A DNA stretch of 64,000 nucleotides from Ostrea edulis (Eukaryota): contig NC_079170.1 in assembly GCF_947568905.1 (NCBI RefSeq), positions 12,214,001 to 12,278,000 on the forward strand, written 5' to 3'. Of the stretch, positions 61,599-64,000 are shown one piece after another. The position numbers were made by a program, and so were the translations under genes. Numbering within the stretch: position 1 is the first letter of the stretch; each line of letters opens with the position of its first letter. The notes beneath the pieces were generated by a model that was not told where the DNA came from, did not search any database, and saw only the letters and a list, made by a program, of their open reading frames with translations.

Positions 61599-63847
61599 AT
61601 GCCAGAAATGTCGTGTCAGAACTTCAACATTCCCAATGTACCCCCAGATTTACGACGAGAAGAGACAGTTCATCAAATTGCAGATTCTCTGAACTATTTA
61701 GACCAAGTGGCAAGTGAAGTGTTCAAAAGGATCAACACTAAAATCGGTGAAAATAGAACAAAGCTGCAGAAAGTGAACGACCGAATTAGCTTAGCTCAAG
61801 CTAAAGTGGACAAAATCAAGGGAAGTAATAAAGCCACTAAGGTGTTTGCATCCGCGAAATACCCAGTGGCTGACGACTTGGAGGAATATCAGTTAATGTT
61901 TCCGTTGGAGAGCACAAACGGCCTGCGTGATATCAAACGACCACATTACAAAGTGACCACTAAACACAAAGGACTCGACGATAAATCTCTGAAGGAGAAG
62001 CTTCAGTTCTATAACGTTCATCTGAAGTTGAAGCGGAAGGATGACGCCAGTCAAAGAGATGGTCTGGGTGGATTACCGAAGTCCATACCGTCTGCTAGCT
62101 CTCTCCTACTGTTCAATACCTCAGAAAACTTGTGAGTATCTGTAGTAGTAGGGAGATTGTTTGGGTTATATACATGGTAGGTCTTTAACTTGGTGAAAAT
62201 CAGGACTGCGAGTTGGATTAGAACTAGTGAAGCTCCTCCCCCATCACAAATATGACCAATTGTTTTTGTAGAAATATAATTATTTGAAATGTATGTATAC
62301 ATGTATGTCTTATTTTGTCAGTACTTAATAGTTTCAAGATGGGCTCCAGACACCCAGTCATAATTCCGTAGATGATCATTTTTGGTTTGGTCCGCGGGTA
62401 TGAAATTTCACTGAATTGCATATGGATTACATAAAAACAGCTTACATGCTTTAAGTCTGCTGGTATGATATTTTGCTGTGACTGTAGAGATAGCCGAAAT
62501 AAGTGCTGCACGTACCCATAATAATATACATATACAGTATTTTAGGTACTTTCATTGACTGTCTGTATTACAGATATAAACAATATACAATGCTGGATCC
62601 ACTTGGGGTGGTGAAGAAAACACGAACAGCCATAGAGGAGGAGAGTGAGATCGACGCCGCCCCCACCACAATCACCACCAACGAAGGCCTGCAGGGCCAG
62701 AAGGTGGACGACATATCCTTCAAACCAGTCATTGTCGACTTCCCCGAGATTGCGGTTCCAGACTTCCTGCCAAATCTGCCAGGTATCAAATGCTTGATCT
62801 AACGAAATACTGTAGAGAAGGAAATTAACTCGCAGATTTAATTTTCGATATATTTGCTGAAACAAAATTTCCGCGAATTTAACATTCAGTGAATTAATCT
62901 TTTATATTGATACAAATTCAGGTTCAGGATATTAAGATTTGTTTTTCTGTGAATTAAACTGACCGTGATTTGTTGCTAAATGAAAAATTCGCGATTTTTT
63001 CTGACCGTGATATTAACCTGCTATACAGTAGTTTATGCTTAGAAGACATTTTTCCTTGTATGGAAAAGTGTTCCCCACAGTATGTGAGAGAGATGATATG
63101 CTGAATGTTTTTGATAATTTGTATTTTTCTTTTGTAGGTGTTGCAGATGATCTTTCTTTCGTGTCCGACCTGGACAAGTCTATAGCACCCTCTGTCCTTG
63201 GTAGCACCATGCCAGACCTCCCCTCTGTAGTACCTGAGGAGACGCTCCCATCTGTTCCAGAAATATCCCAGGCCCCACCCAATGTAGCTGCACCCCCTCC
63301 CCCTGGGGCTCCACCACCGCCCCCTCCCCCATCTGCACCAGCTCCCCCTCCCCCAGGGGCACCCCCACCTCCCCCTCCCCCACCACCCCCAGATGCCCCA
63401 GCAGCCCCACCTCCTCCACCACCACCACCAGCAGCACCACCAAGTGGTGTACCAGAATCTGCACCCCCAGAAGTTGCAAACCCGGGTGACTCTAGGTCGA
63501 GCTTACTCGATGCCATTCGTCAGACAGGAGGCGTGGGAGGAGCCAAATTAAAGAGTGCCAAGGATAGGAAACTAGAGAAGAAGAAAAAGAAGGAAGAGAA
63601 AGAAGTAGCACCCAGTGGAGGTGGAGGAGGGGATTTGATGAGTGACCTCTTCAGCAGATTGACCATGAGAAGGAAAGGAATTTCTGGGGGTGGGGGTGGC
63701 AATAAGGGGGGTAATGAGAGCTCTGATGCTCCACCCCCACCACCTACTGGGGGAGGTGGTGCTTTGGACAAGATTTCTTCTATGATACCTCCACCTCCCA
63801 AATCTGGTGGTGGTCGTAATGATGATGATGACGATGATTGGGAATAA
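61599..63847 (+). CDS. WASHC1: WASH complex subunit 1 (WASH1), 483 aa; exons 61599-62131, 62574-62782, 63138-63847
   Basis: WHD: IPNVPPDLRREETVHQIADSLNYLDQV..SSLLLFNTSENL|YKQY.MLDPL..LPNLPG|VADDL. Then polyproline, WH2 (RSSLLDAIRQTGG..KLKSAKDRK), a basic stretch, a central helix (GDLMSDLFSRLTMRRKGISG) and acidic DDDDDDWE*. GT-AG introns with consistent phases. Confidence 0.96.
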
Positions 63848-64000
63848 AACGATTAATCTTTAATATTGAGGACTTTTATAATGGACATGAAACTTTTATT
63901 TAGCTGTAATTTATGATTTATATAACACAGTATAGGTACCTAATTTACAACTGAGCTGTCAGTAGAATGAAACTACATTGAAAATTGTCACATTTGGAAA

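Noticed and set aside
63013-63801. Gly-rich minus-strand ORFs
   Set aside because: Antisense shadows of the WASH1 polyproline and acidic coding sequence.

Overview
AT-rich, intron-containing animal genomic DNA. The repeat complement (Penelope-like RT fragments, tRNA-derived SINEs, pearl/HINE-like elements) suggests an oyster-like bivalve; this is inference. Host genes: (1) a tandem array of four minus-strand universal stress protein (USP/UspA-domain) genes, here called USP-A, B, D and C, that share one 4-exon layout with intron phases 1,1,0. USP-B has an ACG in place of ATG, a GC donor and an earlier stop. (2) A plus-strand 2-exon myristoylated EF-hand neuronal calcium sensor gene inside the array. 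(3) A complete 3-exon WASH1 gene at the right end. (4) A tentative 5-exon plus-strand gene at 0.16-8.6 kb that the ORF track does not show as a unit. Two large decayed but structurally near-complete transposons lie in or next to USP-B: a PAT-type tyrosine-recombinase retrotransposon with split direct repeats (21.5-25.8 kb) and an ISL2EU-type DNA transposon with a THAP-DDE transposase and a SWIM-YqaJ-PHD gene (31.4-37.0 kb). The rest is MITEs, SINEs, minisatellites and microsatellites. All exon models, alignments and domain calls were made by eye, without searches.
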